Both the position numbers and the translations under genes were made by a program. From positions 125,495 to 189,494 of the forward strand of contig JAKACD010000001.1 in the NCBI GenBank assembly GCA_021821785.1: a stretch of 64,000 nt of DNA. Reading direction: 5' to 3'. The notes below the pieces were generated by a model. That model was not told where the DNA came from, did no database searches, and worked only from the letters and a program-made list of their open reading frames with translations. Source of the DNA: Thermoplasmata archaeon. Its GTDB lineage: Archaea > Thermoplasmatota > Thermoplasmata > Lutacidiplasmatales > UBA184. Numbering within the stretch: the stretch's first letter is position 1; the number at the start of each line of letters is the position of its first letter. Positions 17,836 through 26,589 of this stretch are shown one piece after another.

Positions 17836-18864
17836 TCAGATCGGATGCAGGCCGAGGAATTCGAGCGCGGTCGTTTCGGGAAAGCCGTGGCGGACGTTGA
17901 AGCACTGCACGGCGCCGCCGGCGGCCCCCTTCATCAGGTTGTCCAGCGCGGCGAGCGCGACCACCCGCTCGGCATGCCGGTCGACGGCGAACCCGATGTC
18001 GCAGTAGTTCGTGCCGGCGAGGATCTTCGGCTCGGGCTCCCGGTAGAGCCCGTCGGACTCGTGCACGATGCGCACGAACGGCTCGGAGCCGTAGGCCGAC
18101 CGGTACGTCCGCCAGAGCTCCTTCTCTTCGACCGGCCGCGCGAGGAACGCATGGCAGGTGGCGAGCACCCCCCGGACCGCCTCGACGGCATGGCACGTGA
18201 GGGCGATGCGGGACCCCGTCTCCTGTTCGATCTCGGCCGTATGGCGGTGCCCCTCGGGCGCGTAGGCGCGCATCACTCCCGCGCGCTCCGCGTGGAGGCC
18301 GGCGGGACCGGAGTCCCGTCCGCTCGCCGACGAACCGCTCTTCGAGTCGACCACGACCGGTGACGGACCGAGGAGATGCGCGTCGACGAGGGGCCGCAGC
18401 GCGAGGATCGCGGCGGTCGCGATGCAACCGGGTACGGCGATCAGCCGGGCCGCGCGCAGGCGCTCGCGGTAGAGCTCGGGGAGACCCAGGACCGACTCCC
18501 CGAGGAGCTCGGGGTGGGGGTGCGCTGCGTGGTAGTACTTCGGGTAGAGCGCGGGATCGCGGAGCCGAAAGTCCGCGGAGAGATCGATCACCGTTCCGCC
18601 GCTCGCGAGGAGCTCGGGGGTCCGCGACATCGACTCTCCGTGCGGGGTCGCGACGAACGTGACGTCCGCCGGCGTCAGCGCCGAGTGCCGGATGTAGGTG
18701 AGATCGGTCGCCTTGCGCAGGTTCGGGTGCGACCGACCGATCGATCGGCCGGCCATCGAATCCGACGTGACCTGGGTGATGCGGACCTCGGGGTGGCGCA
18801 GCAGGAGGCGCAGGAGTTCCCCTCCGACGAACCCCGATCCGCCGACGACCGCGACCTCCTTCAT
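17836..18864 (-). CDS. lysY: [LysW]-aminoadipyl/glutamyl-phosphate reductase (ArgC family)
   Basis: 342 aa. Contains VAVVGGSGFVGGELLRLL and the catalytic Cys context IAVPGCIATAAILAL. Its start forms an ATGA overlap with the lysX stop. Confidence 0.9.
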   Translation of the reverse strand: MKEVAVVGGSGFVGGELLRLLLRHPEVRITQVTSDSMAGRSIGRSHPNLRKATDLTYIRHSALTPADVTFVATPHGESMSRTPELLASGGTVIDLSADFRLRDPALYPKYYHAAHPHPELLGESVLGLPELYRERLRAARLIAVPGCIATAAILALRPLVDAHLLGPSPVVVDSKSGSSASGRDSGPAGLHAERAGVMRAYAPEGHRHTAEIEQETGSRIALTCHAVEAVRGVLATCHAFLARPVEEKELWRTYRSAYGSEPFVRIVHESDGLYREPEPKILAGTNYCDIGFAVDRHAERVVALAALDNLMKGAAGGAVQCFNVRHGFPETTALEFLGLHPI

Positions 18865-19712
18865 CGCCGTCCGGCCCGCACCGCGTAGTCGACGATTTTC
18901 GTCGCGATGTCGACCCCGGTCACCCCGGTGAGTGCCTTGAACTCGGGCGTCGGGTTCACCTCATGGACGACCAGGCCCTTCGGCGACTCCATCAGGTCGA
19001 CCGCGAGCACGCCGCCGCCGACCGACTTCGCCGCCCGGAGCGAGAGATCGACGAGCTCGGGAGTGAGCGGGGCCGCTTCGACCGAACCCCCTCGCGCCGC
19101 GTTCGTCCGCCACTCGCTCGATCGGCGGTACATTGCGGCGACGGCCTCGTCGCCCACGACGAAGACCCGCAGGTCCCGGTCGGGCTTGGGGACGTACTCT
19201 TGTACGTAGAAGATGGAGTGGATCGGTGCGCCGAGCGCGCTCTTGTGCTCGATCATCTGGGCCGCCGCGCTGGCGTCATCGACCTTCGCCATGAGGCGAC
19301 CCCACGACCCCACCGCCGGCTTCATCACGGCCGGGTAGCCGATCTCCTCGACCGCCTTGAGCGCGGCCTCTGGGGAGAGGGCGACCACCGTCCGGGGCGT
19401 AGGGACGCCGCGCTCGGCGAGGCGGAGCGACGTCCGGATCTTGTCCCCGGCGAGCTCGATCACCTCGGGCGGGTTCACGACCGGCACGCCGTAGTGCGCG
19501 AAGAACCAAGCCGCGTAGACGGCCCGGGAGTGGCTCACCGACCGGTCGAGGAGCACGTCGGGAAGGCGGGGGGGCGCCTCGAGCCCGAAGGTCATCTCGC
19601 CGTCGTCGTACCGCTCGATCGGGATGCCCCGCGCTTCCGCCGCGGCGAGGAGCCACTTCTCCTCGGGGCGGATGATCGTGGTGAAGAGCCCGAGCCGGAA
19701 CTCGTCACTCAC
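18861..19712 (-). CDS. lysX: RimK-type ATP-grasp ligase LysX/ArgX (attaches substrate to LysW)
   Basis: 283 aa with a GTG start. It has the ATP-grasp pattern (YPAVMKPAVGSWGR, YVQEYV). Its start overlaps the lysW 3' end by 8 nt. Confidence 0.9.
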   Translation of the reverse strand: MSDEFRLGLFTTIIRPEEKWLLAAAEARGIPIERYDDGEMTFGLEAPPRLPDVLLDRSVSHSRAVYAAWFFAHYGVPVVNPPEVIELAGDKIRTSLRLAERGVPTPRTVVALSPEAALKAVEEIGYPAVMKPAVGSWGRLMAKVDDASAAAQMIEHKSALGAPIHSIFYVQEYVPKPDRDLRVFVVGDEAVAAMYRRSSEWRTNAARGGSVEAAPLTPELVDLSLRAAKSVGGGVLAVDLMESPKGLVVHEVNPTPEFKALTGVTGVDIATKIVDYAVRAGRR

Positions 19713-19866
19713 CCCAGTCCTCGGCCTCTTTGGGGGCAGGCATCACGGCGAGCGGCTCGTTCCCCGTGACCTCGAGTTCGGTCCCGCAGTCTCGGCACGG
19801 GAAGATCTCGCCTATCACCATCGCTCGGTTCTCCACGGTCGCCTCACACTCTGGGCACTGCGTCAT
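19705..19866 (-). CDS. lysW: amino-group carrier protein LysW (53 aa; absent from the ORF track)
   Basis: My translation is MTQCPECEATVENRAMVIGEIFPCRDCGTELEVTGNEPLAVMPAPKEAEDWGE. It has a zinc-ribbon CPEC...CRDC and the diagnostic C-terminal EDWGE tail. Its ATG overlaps the argH TGA (ATGA). Confidence 0.85.
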   Translation of the reverse strand: MTQCPECEATVENRAMVIGEIFPCRDCGTELEVTGNEPLAVMPAPKEAEDWGE

Positions 19867-21284
19867 CGCTGTTCCTCGCTGAGTAGCTCCTCGATCAGCC
19901 CGACCTTGCGGTCGAGCGAGGAGAGGAAGGTGTGGGCCGAGCTCACGCGGCCGTCGGCCGCCGTGAGCTGGCCCGCAAGGGCGCCCGGAGCCGGTCCTCC
20001 CGGGGAGGCGCGGCGGGCGACCGCGCGCTCGGGGTCGAGCGCCCCTTCGACCGGGACCCCCGTGCGAGCAAGGGCGGCCGCGATCGAGGTCGGCGTCGGA
20101 ACGGAGCCCGCCGCGAAGGCGGCGCCGACGGTCTCGTGGGCGGTCCGGAACGGGACCCCCTGACCGACCAGACGCTCGGCGAGGTCCGTGGCGAAGAGCT
20201 CGGGATCGGCGACGGCGGCCGAGAGCCGAGCCGGTACGAAGACCAAGTCGCGGAGGAGGGCGACGCTCGCCTCGAGCACCGCCGTGACGGTGGCCACCGC
20301 ATCGAGGACGGGCGCCTTGTCCTCCTGAAGGTCCCGGTCGTAGGTCAGCGGCAACCCTTTGAGGGTCGTCAGGAGCGAAACGAGGTCCCCGACGACCCGA
20401 CCGGCCTTGCCCCGTACGAGCTCGGCGACGTCGGGGTTGCGTTTCTGGGGCATCAGGCTGCTGCCCGAGCCGAGCGCCGCGGTCCGCTCGAGATAGCCGA
20501 ACTCCTTGGTCGCGAACAGCACCACTTCCTCGCCGAGGGTGCTCAAGTGCACGGCGAGGAGGCTCAGGTCGAACAGGAGCTCGACGAAGAAGTCCCGGTC
20601 GCTCACGGCATCCATCGAGTTCTCGAACGCCCGGTCGAATCCGAGCCGGGCGGCGACCGACGCGGGGTCGATCGGAAGGGTCGAGCCGGCGAGGGCGCCG
20701 GCGCCGAGGGGGGAGACGTTCGCCCGCTCGGCCGTCGCGCGCAGCCGGTCGAGATCGCGATCGAACCGCCAGAAGTGGGCGAGGAGCCAGTGGCCGACGG
20801 TGACCGGTTGGGCCCGCTGGAGGTGCGTGTAGCCCGGCATCGGGGTCGCCGCCTCGCTTCGGGCCCGGGCGAGGAGCGCCTCCTCGAGCGCGAGGAGCCG
20901 CCGGGCCACCTCGGCGATCGCCGACCGGAGGTAGAGCCGTTCGTCGAGCGCGACCTGATCGTTCCGGCTGCGGGCGGTGTGGAGCTTTCCGCCCGTCGGG
21001 CCGACCAGCTCGGTCAAGCGAGACTCGAGGTTCGTGTGGACATCTTCGAGCTCGCCGCGCCAGAGGAACGTGCCCTCGGCGACCTCTCGCGCGAGCTGGC
21101 GGAGCCCTTGGACCAGGAGACCCACCTCGCTGGCCGAGAGCAATCCGGCTCGCCCCAGCATCTCCACGTGGGCGACGCTCCCCGCGAGATCGACGCGCGC
21201 GAGGGTCCGGTCGACCCCGAGCGACGCGAGGAAGTCCACGTGGGGGACGCGAACGTAGGCGGGGGGTGGGAGAGGGTCGGGCAT
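19863..21284 (-). CDS. argH: argininosuccinate lyase
   Basis: 473 aa. It carries the fumarate-lyase signature GSSLMPQKRNPD, plus TGGKLHTARSRNDQV. Confidence 0.95.
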   Translation of the reverse strand: MPDPLPPPAYVRVPHVDFLASLGVDRTLARVDLAGSVAHVEMLGRAGLLSASEVGLLVQGLRQLAREVAEGTFLWRGELEDVHTNLESRLTELVGPTGGKLHTARSRNDQVALDERLYLRSAIAEVARRLLALEEALLARARSEAATPMPGYTHLQRAQPVTVGHWLLAHFWRFDRDLDRLRATAERANVSPLGAGALAGSTLPIDPASVAARLGFDRAFENSMDAVSDRDFFVELLFDLSLLAVHLSTLGEEVVLFATKEFGYLERTAALGSGSSLMPQKRNPDVAELVRGKAGRVVGDLVSLLTTLKGLPLTYDRDLQEDKAPVLDAVATVTAVLEASVALLRDLVFVPARLSAAVADPELFATDLAERLVGQGVPFRTAHETVGAAFAAGSVPTPTSIAAALARTGVPVEGALDPERAVARRASPGGPAPGALAGQLTAADGRVSSAHTFLSSLDRKVGLIEELLSEEQR

Positions 21285-21303
21285 GGGAACGGTCCGATCC
21301 GAT

Positions 21304-22539
21304 TCAGGGACGGGGCGGAGGGGCTGGAGTCAGGGTCGACGCGGCCCGGGTGCCGACCGCAGCCCAGGTCCGCGCGGGGAGCCCCCAGACGTAGATGAAC
21401 CCCTCCGCCATCTGCCGCCGGTACTGGTCGCCCGAGGAGTACGTCGCGAGCGCCGGCTGGTACAGCGCGTGGGGCGAGCGGCGTCCGACGATCCGGGCCG
21501 AGCCCTTGAACAGCTTCACGGCGACCTCCCCGGATACCCGCGGCTGCGTCGCGGCCACAAAGGCATCGAGCGATTCCCGCAGTGGCGTGAACCAGAGCCC
21601 GTCGTAGATGAGCTGGGAATACCGCTGCTCCACGGTGCGCTTGAAATCGAGGAGGTCGCGGGGCAGCACCAGCGCCTCGAGGGCCTGATGCGCGGCGATG
21701 AGCACGACCGCGGCGGGGCACTCGTAGACTTCGCGGGACTTGATGCCGACGACGCGGGATTCGAGGTGGTCGATCCGGCCCACGCCGTGAGCACCGGCCG
21801 TCCGGTTCAGCTCGACGATGAGGTCCTGGAGCGGGAGGTCACGGCCCCCCAGCGCGACGGGCACCCCCTCCTCGAACGTGACGGTGACGTAGGCCGGCGT
21901 CTCCGGGGCGGCGGCGGGCGAGGTGGTCCAGCCGTAGACCTCTTCGGGTGGCTCGACGGAGGGGTCCTCGAGGATCCCGCACTCGACGGAGCGCCCCCAG
22001 AGGTTCTCGTCCGTGCTGTAGGGGGAGGACTTGGTGGCATCGACCGCGACCTGGTGGGCCGCGGCGTAGGCGATCTCCTCCTCTCGGTTCATATCCCACT
22101 CCCGGGCCGGGGCGACGACCTCGAGGTCGGGAGCCAGCCCCGTCGTCGAGAGGTCGAACCGGACCTGGTCGTTGCCCTTGCCCGTACACCCGTGGGCGAC
22201 GAACTGGGCCCCCTCCTTTCGGGCGACCTCCACGAGATGGCGAGCGATGAGCGGGCGGGCGAGCGCGGTGCTGAGCGGGTAGACCCCCTCGTAAAGCGCG
22301 TTCGCACGGAGCGCGGGGAGGATGAACTCGCGGGCGAACTCCGCCCGCGCGTCGGCGACGTAGGCGCTCGCCGCGCCCGACGCGAGCGCCTTCTGACGGA
22401 CCCGTTCGAGATCGACCGGCTGGCCGACGTCGACGGTCACGGCGACCACGTCGGTCCCTTTCGCTTCCTTGAGCCAGGGGATCGCCACCGAGGTGTCGAG
22501 CCCGCCGGAGTATGCCAGTACCACCTTCGACTTCGTCAC
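21304..22539 (-). CDS. argG: argininosuccinate synthase
   Basis: 411 aa with a GTG start. Contains VVLAYSGGLDTSV and AHGCTGKGNDQVRF. Confidence 0.95.
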   Translation of the reverse strand: MTKSKVVLAYSGGLDTSVAIPWLKEAKGTDVVAVTVDVGQPVDLERVRQKALASGAASAYVADARAEFAREFILPALRANALYEGVYPLSTALARPLIARHLVEVARKEGAQFVAHGCTGKGNDQVRFDLSTTGLAPDLEVVAPAREWDMNREEEIAYAAAHQVAVDATKSSPYSTDENLWGRSVECGILEDPSVEPPEEVYGWTTSPAAAPETPAYVTVTFEEGVPVALGGRDLPLQDLIVELNRTAGAHGVGRIDHLESRVVGIKSREVYECPAAVVLIAAHQALEALVLPRDLLDFKRTVEQRYSQLIYDGLWFTPLRESLDAFVAATQPRVSGEVAVKLFKGSARIVGRRSPHALYQPALATYSSGDQYRRQMAEGFIYVWGLPARTWAAVGTRAASTLTPAPPPRP

Positions 22540-22586
22540 CGTTGGCTCCGCTCGGGTGGAGACCGGGCGGCATGGATTTATAGGAT

Positions 22587-22622
22587 GTGACCGTCACCGG
22601 ACAGTTCTGGGCATAATTGTCC
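22587..22622. promoter_or_regulatory. two inverted repeats in the argG / ACT-regulator divergent promoter (candidate operators)
   Basis: GTGAC-c-GTCAC lies at 22587-22597. GGACAGTT-n8-AATTGTCC lies at 22599-22622 and overlaps the TATA-like CATAATT of the plus-strand gene. The argG TATAAA box (22577-22582, minus strand) is adjacent. Confidence 0.3.
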
Positions 22623-22636
22623 GAAAATAAACAAAC

Positions 22637-23278
22637 ATGACCGATCGGTCCGTCGCCCGACAGGTCCGCGAGTACCTGGACGCCCACCCCGTGATCGCCG
22701 ACGCGATCCGCATGCGGATCGGCAACTATTCGGCGATCGCCCGACGGATCCAGGGGGACCTTGGGTTGACGGCGACCGACGCCGTGCTGGCCGCCTGCCG
22801 TCGGTATCCCCGCGGCGGCGAAGCCTTCCGTGAATCCGGGGTACGACGCGTGTTGCGCAAGAGCCGGATCGAGACCCGGACGAAGGTCGCGGCCCTGACA
22901 GTGACCCAGGGGATCGACGTCCTGCAACGCCTCGGGGACGTCGTCGAGGAGCTGCTCGATGAGAACGCGCTCTGCCGCTTGATCCAGGTCAGTCGGGGAA
23001 CGGTGATCATCGTAGACGAGGATTCGGTCCCGCGCGTCACGCACGCGCTGCGGGAGAGTCAGTTGATCTCGACCCGGAAAGGTCTCATCGAGGTCGCTGT
23101 GACCAGCCCCGAGAGCATCGAAGAGACCCCGGGTCTCTTGCGCCATCTGACAGGGATCCTAGCCGCCCAGGGCATCAACATCGTGGAGGCGCTCTCCTGC
23201 TACACCGACACGATCTTCCTCCTCCACTACGAGGATCTCGCGGCCGCCACCGCGGTGCTCACCCGGGCGCTCCAGTGA
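22637..23278 (+). CDS. ACT-domain protein, predicted amino-acid-metabolism regulator (COG2150-like)
   Basis: 213 aa with an ATG start. The C-terminal ACT-like segment is VAVTSPESIEETPGLLRHLTGILAAQGINIVEALSCYTDTIFLL. The N-terminal helical segment could bind DNA. Confidence 0.65.
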   Translation: MTDRSVARQVREYLDAHPVIADAIRMRIGNYSAIARRIQGDLGLTATDAVLAACRRYPRGGEAFRESGVRRVLRKSRIETRTKVAALTVTQGIDVLQRLGDVVEELLDENALCRLIQVSRGTVIIVDEDSVPRVTHALRESQLISTRKGLIEVAVTSPESIEETPGLLRHLTGILAAQGINIVEALSCYTDTIFLLHYEDLAAATAVLTRALQ

Positions 23279-23405
23279 CCGGGCGGCGCGGTGGGCCGCT
23301 GCCGGGCACGCTAGGAAGAATAAGCCCCGCGGCCCCTAGCTTTCGCCGATCCATGACGCGCTCTACGTCCCGGACCCCGACCCGCCCGGTGGACAGGCGG
23401 GTGTC

Positions 23406-24515
23406 GTGACCGCGCGAGCAAAGCAGGACGAGGACCGGCTCGCCCGGTTCGTGCTCGATCGGGTCCTCTCGCTCCGACCCGGCGACCACGTGACGGTCGA
23501 AACCTGGAGCCATGCGCTCCCGTGGGCCCGCTCCCTCGTGGTCGAGGCCCGTCGACGCCATGCCGATCCGACGCTCGTCGTGGAGGACGAGGAGGCGTTC
23601 TTCCGCTCCCTCAGCCTCCCCTCGGCCCGCCACCTTCCGGTCCCATCGGCGGCACTCGCCGACTCGAGCGATGCCTACGTCTACCTCGCCGGTCCCGAGG
23701 CGTTCCACCGCCTGTTCGGATTGGCCGCGTCCGAGCTCGAGTCCGTGCTCGCGCGGCACGATCTGGCCTGGGCCCGGGCCGCACGGCGCGCCCGCCTGCG
23801 GGCCGTCCGGCTCCTCATCGCCGGTGCCACCCCGGCCGCGGCGGCGCGGTACGGCGTCGAGCCAGCCGTCTGGCGCCGCGACCTGGTCCGGGCCAGCCTC
23901 GTTCCCCCCGAGCAGCTCGCCCGCGCCGCCGACCGGCTCCGCCGGCGGCTCGCGCGGACCCGACGCCTCCGGATCCGGCATCCCAACGGGACCGACCTCT
24001 CGGTCGAGCTCGAGCCGAACCGCGCGGTCGTGGAGATCGGGCAGGTCGCTCGAACCCACCGCCCCACCGGCCGCATATGGACCCAGCTCCCGACCGGGGT
24101 CGTCGCCTTCCCTCTGGTCGCCGGATTCGCCGAGGGGGTCTGGGAGGCGAACCGCCCGAGCTACGATCGGTTCGCGAACCCCCCCGTCGGCGAGGGCGCG
24201 CGGTTCGTCTTCGCGCGGGGGCGGCTGCGCGAGTACTCGTTCGATCGGGGCGGACGCGCGTTCGCCGCCGCCTACTCCCGGGGGGGACGGGGCCGCGACG
24301 TGCCCGGGGCGCTCACCTTCGGGCTCAATCCGGCCCTCGGTCGTGTCCCCGAGGTCGAGGAGCTAGCGGCGGACGCCGTCGGTCTCGCGCTCGGCGGGAA
24401 CCGCGCCGTCGGCGGACGGAACCGCTCCCGGTTCTCGTACCTCTCGGTGCTGCGAGGCGCCGAAGTGGAGGTCGAGGGGACGTCCCGCTCGGCCGCGGCG
24501 CGCCGGACTCGCTAG
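23406..24515 (+). CDS. M29 (AmpS/aminopeptidase T)-like aminopeptidase
   Basis: 369 aa with a GTG start. The N-terminus LARFVLDRVLSLRPGDHVTVE and the overall length fit the thermophilic metalloprotease family. The metal-ligand motifs look degenerate. Confidence 0.5.
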   Translation: MTARAKQDEDRLARFVLDRVLSLRPGDHVTVETWSHALPWARSLVVEARRRHADPTLVVEDEEAFFRSLSLPSARHLPVPSAALADSSDAYVYLAGPEAFHRLFGLAASELESVLARHDLAWARAARRARLRAVRLLIAGATPAAAARYGVEPAVWRRDLVRASLVPPEQLARAADRLRRRLARTRRLRIRHPNGTDLSVELEPNRAVVEIGQVARTHRPTGRIWTQLPTGVVAFPLVAGFAEGVWEANRPSYDRFANPPVGEGARFVFARGRLREYSFDRGGRAFAAAYSRGGRGRDVPGALTFGLNPALGRVPEVEELAADAVGLALGGNRAVGGRNRSRFSYLSVLRGAEVEVEGTSRSAAARRTR

Positions 24516-25528
24516 CGGACCGCGGTCGTGCCCTCTCGGTCCGGCGGGGCGTGAGCCCCCCGATGCCCCAACCCCGACCGAGGGACCGCCTCGGAGTCGG
24601 GGGGCGAGCGGGAAGGAAGTCGTGCCGCGAACGCGCTCAAGAGCTCCCCGGCCGGCGCCAGGTGCCGGGCCGAGATCTGCTCGACGTTCACACCGAGCGG
24701 GACCCCGACCTGATCTTCCGCGGCCGCCCGGCGGACCGCCTCCCACACCGCGAGCGCATGGGCCTCGCTACGACGGACCGCCTCCGCGTCGTCCCCTTCG
24801 AGGATCGACCGCTCGACCTCGTCGGGGAGGTCCGCCCCGAGCCACCGGACGAACTCGATGTCCTGTTCGTCGGCGAGCGGAGCGAAGCTCAGCACGACCG
24901 TCGCCGGGGGGATCGCCGCCTGGCGACAGAGCAGGGCGTACTGGCGTACCATCTGCACGGTCTGCTCCGCCTCGAACAGGATCTGGGTCGTGAAGAACGC
25001 GGCACCGACGCGGGTCTTCGAGAGCATCCGGTGCGGCTCGCCGACCCGCTGCGGGATCGCGATGTTGCCGATCGCCCCGCCCGCTCGCTGGAATATCGGA
25101 CGGCAGGCTCGGTTCGCCTCCCCGACCGAAGGGCCGGGATAGGGGATGTACCGGCTGGCCCCGCCGACCAGGACCGCGTAGGGCAGCCCCAGCGCGACCG
25201 TCTCCTCCGCCCACCGCTCGAGCGCGCCCCCCGGCTCGAGGTACGCCACGACCTTGTTCACCACCGCGACCCGGCCGGTGCGCTCCTTAAGGGCCCGCGC
25301 GAACGGGCGTACGTCCCCCGAGCGATAATGCGGTCGACCCTCGTGGTTCTCATCCACGAGCTCAGGGACGTCGAACGCGTCGAGGCGCGGGACCGCTTCG
25401 GCTACCCGCCCGATCGCCCCGAGGCGTTCCTCCATTCGAGTCGGTTGGAGGCGGGCGGTGGGCGGGGTCGGCTCGAAGAAGAGCGGGTGGTCCCGCAACG
25501 CCTCGCCCAGCGACCGGTGCGTCGTCAC
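24512..25528 (-). CDS. methylenetetrahydrofolate reductase (MetF)-like protein
   Basis: The 558-aa ORF was trimmed to the GTG at 25528. Contains LFFEPTPP (N-terminal MTHFR motif), NIAIPQR and FFTTQILFE. The upstream part of the ORF is low complexity and antisense to the next gene. Confidence 0.7.
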   Translation of the reverse strand: MTTHRSLGEALRDHPLFFEPTPPTARLQPTRMEERLGAIGRVAEAVPRLDAFDVPELVDENHEGRPHYRSGDVRPFARALKERTGRVAVVNKVVAYLEPGGALERWAEETVALGLPYAVLVGGASRYIPYPGPSVGEANRACRPIFQRAGGAIGNIAIPQRVGEPHRMLSKTRVGAAFFTTQILFEAEQTVQMVRQYALLCRQAAIPPATVVLSFAPLADEQDIEFVRWLGADLPDEVERSILEGDDAEAVRRSEAHALAVWEAVRRAAAEDQVGVPLGVNVEQISARHLAPAGELLSAFAARLPSRSPPDSEAVPRSGLGHRGAHAPPDREGTTAVR

Positions 25529-25702
25529 GTTCCGTCGAATCCGGGGGCGCGAGGGGCTAAATCGTTTGGTCCCGAGAGCCCCCTTGCGGTCGGCGCAACG
25601 GGGCTCCGCCGGATGAAATCCCCGGTCCTTCGCCCGGAGCGAGTGGGCGAGCGGGCCGGGCCCGCCCCCTAGGTTCAAACCCGTGCCGGCTCTGCCGGGA
25701 CC

Positions 25703-26530
25703 GTGCCCGGTCCCGAACGACGTGCCCCCCCGCGGAACGGACCCGCGCCGGGAGACCCTCGGGCTCGCGTGCACGTGGCGCCGGTGGGGTTCGAGGTCGA
25801 ACGGATCACGGAGCCGCTCCTCGGGGAGCGGGCCGATCGCGTCTACCTGCTCACGCGGGCCGAACGCGACGCCGCCGCCCCGTTCGTCGAGGAGGTCACG
25901 CGCCGACTGGCCCGCGCGCGGTGGCCGATCGACGTGCGGGTCGTGCGGACCGACTTGTGGGACGTTTTCGGCGCCCTCGGCTCCCTGCGGCGGATCTTCG
26001 AGGCGGAGCAGCGGACCGACCGGAACGCGCCGAACGTCCTCCCGATCCGGGTCAACGTCTCGACCGGCACGAAGATCACCGCGATCGCCGGGACGCTCGC
26101 GTGCATGCTGTGGAAGGGCGAGCCCTACTACGTCCAGGTCTCCCGGGCCTGGTACTCCAACCGGACCCCCAAGGTCGCGGCCGTCCACGACGTCGTCGCG
26201 CGAGTCGACCCGGTAAACGTCTACGAACTACGGGCCCCGGCCCCCGAGCTCGTGGCCGTGCTCGAAGCGCTCGACCGTCGGGGCGGGTCGCTTCGCAAGC
26301 ACGAGCTGATCCGAGAGCTCGGTCTCGACCGTCCTTCGGCGGACGGCCGACGCCCGACCTCCCCGCAGTCCTCCCACGGTCGGCTGCGCCGCCGCCTTGA
26401 TCCGCTCGAGCACCGGTGGGGATTTGTTCGCGCCGAGTCGGCCGGCCCGAGGGCCCGGGTCCAGCTGACGCACCAGGGACGGCTCGCGGTCCGGCTGTTC
26501 GGACGGGACTCCGGCGACCCGGAACTGTAG
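25703..26530 (+). CDS. Csa3/CARF-like Rossmann domain plus winged-helix regulator (HFX_2341/DUF6293-like)
   Basis: Contains VHVAPVGFEVERITEPL...RVYLL...VNVSTGTKITAIAG. The C-terminal segment LVAVLEALDRRGGSLRKHELIRELG looks like a wHTH. Start is the GTG at 25703 or the GTG at 25769. Confidence 0.6.
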   Translation: MPGPERRAPPRNGPAPGDPRARVHVAPVGFEVERITEPLLGERADRVYLLTRAERDAAAPFVEEVTRRLARARWPIDVRVVRTDLWDVFGALGSLRRIFEAEQRTDRNAPNVLPIRVNVSTGTKITAIAGTLACMLWKGEPYYVQVSRAWYSNRTPKVAAVHDVVARVDPVNVYELRAPAPELVAVLEALDRRGGSLRKHELIRELGLDRPSADGRRPTSPQSSHGRLRRRLDPLEHRWGFVRAESAGPRARVQLTHQGRLAVRLFGRDSGDPEL

Positions 26531-26546
26531 TACCGAAAGTAACGCT

Positions 26547-26569
26547 TGTAACATTACAATATACAAATA
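26547..26569 (+). promoter_or_regulatory. AT-rich island: TGTAA-ca-TTACA inverted repeat followed by a TATA-like ATATACAAATA
   Basis: Seen directly at 26547-26558 and 26559-26569. It lies just after the regulator stop (26528-26530) and about 300 nt upstream of the next CDS. Confidence 0.35.
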
Positions 26570-26589
26570 GGCCAAAGCCCTTCGATCCC

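Noticed and set aside
24512-26188. The 558-aa ORF taken as one gene.
   Set aside because: Only the C-terminal 338 aa or so resemble MetF. The N-terminal part is low complexity and overlaps the Csa3-like gene on the other strand. It was trimmed to the GTG at 25528, just before the LFFEPTPP motif.
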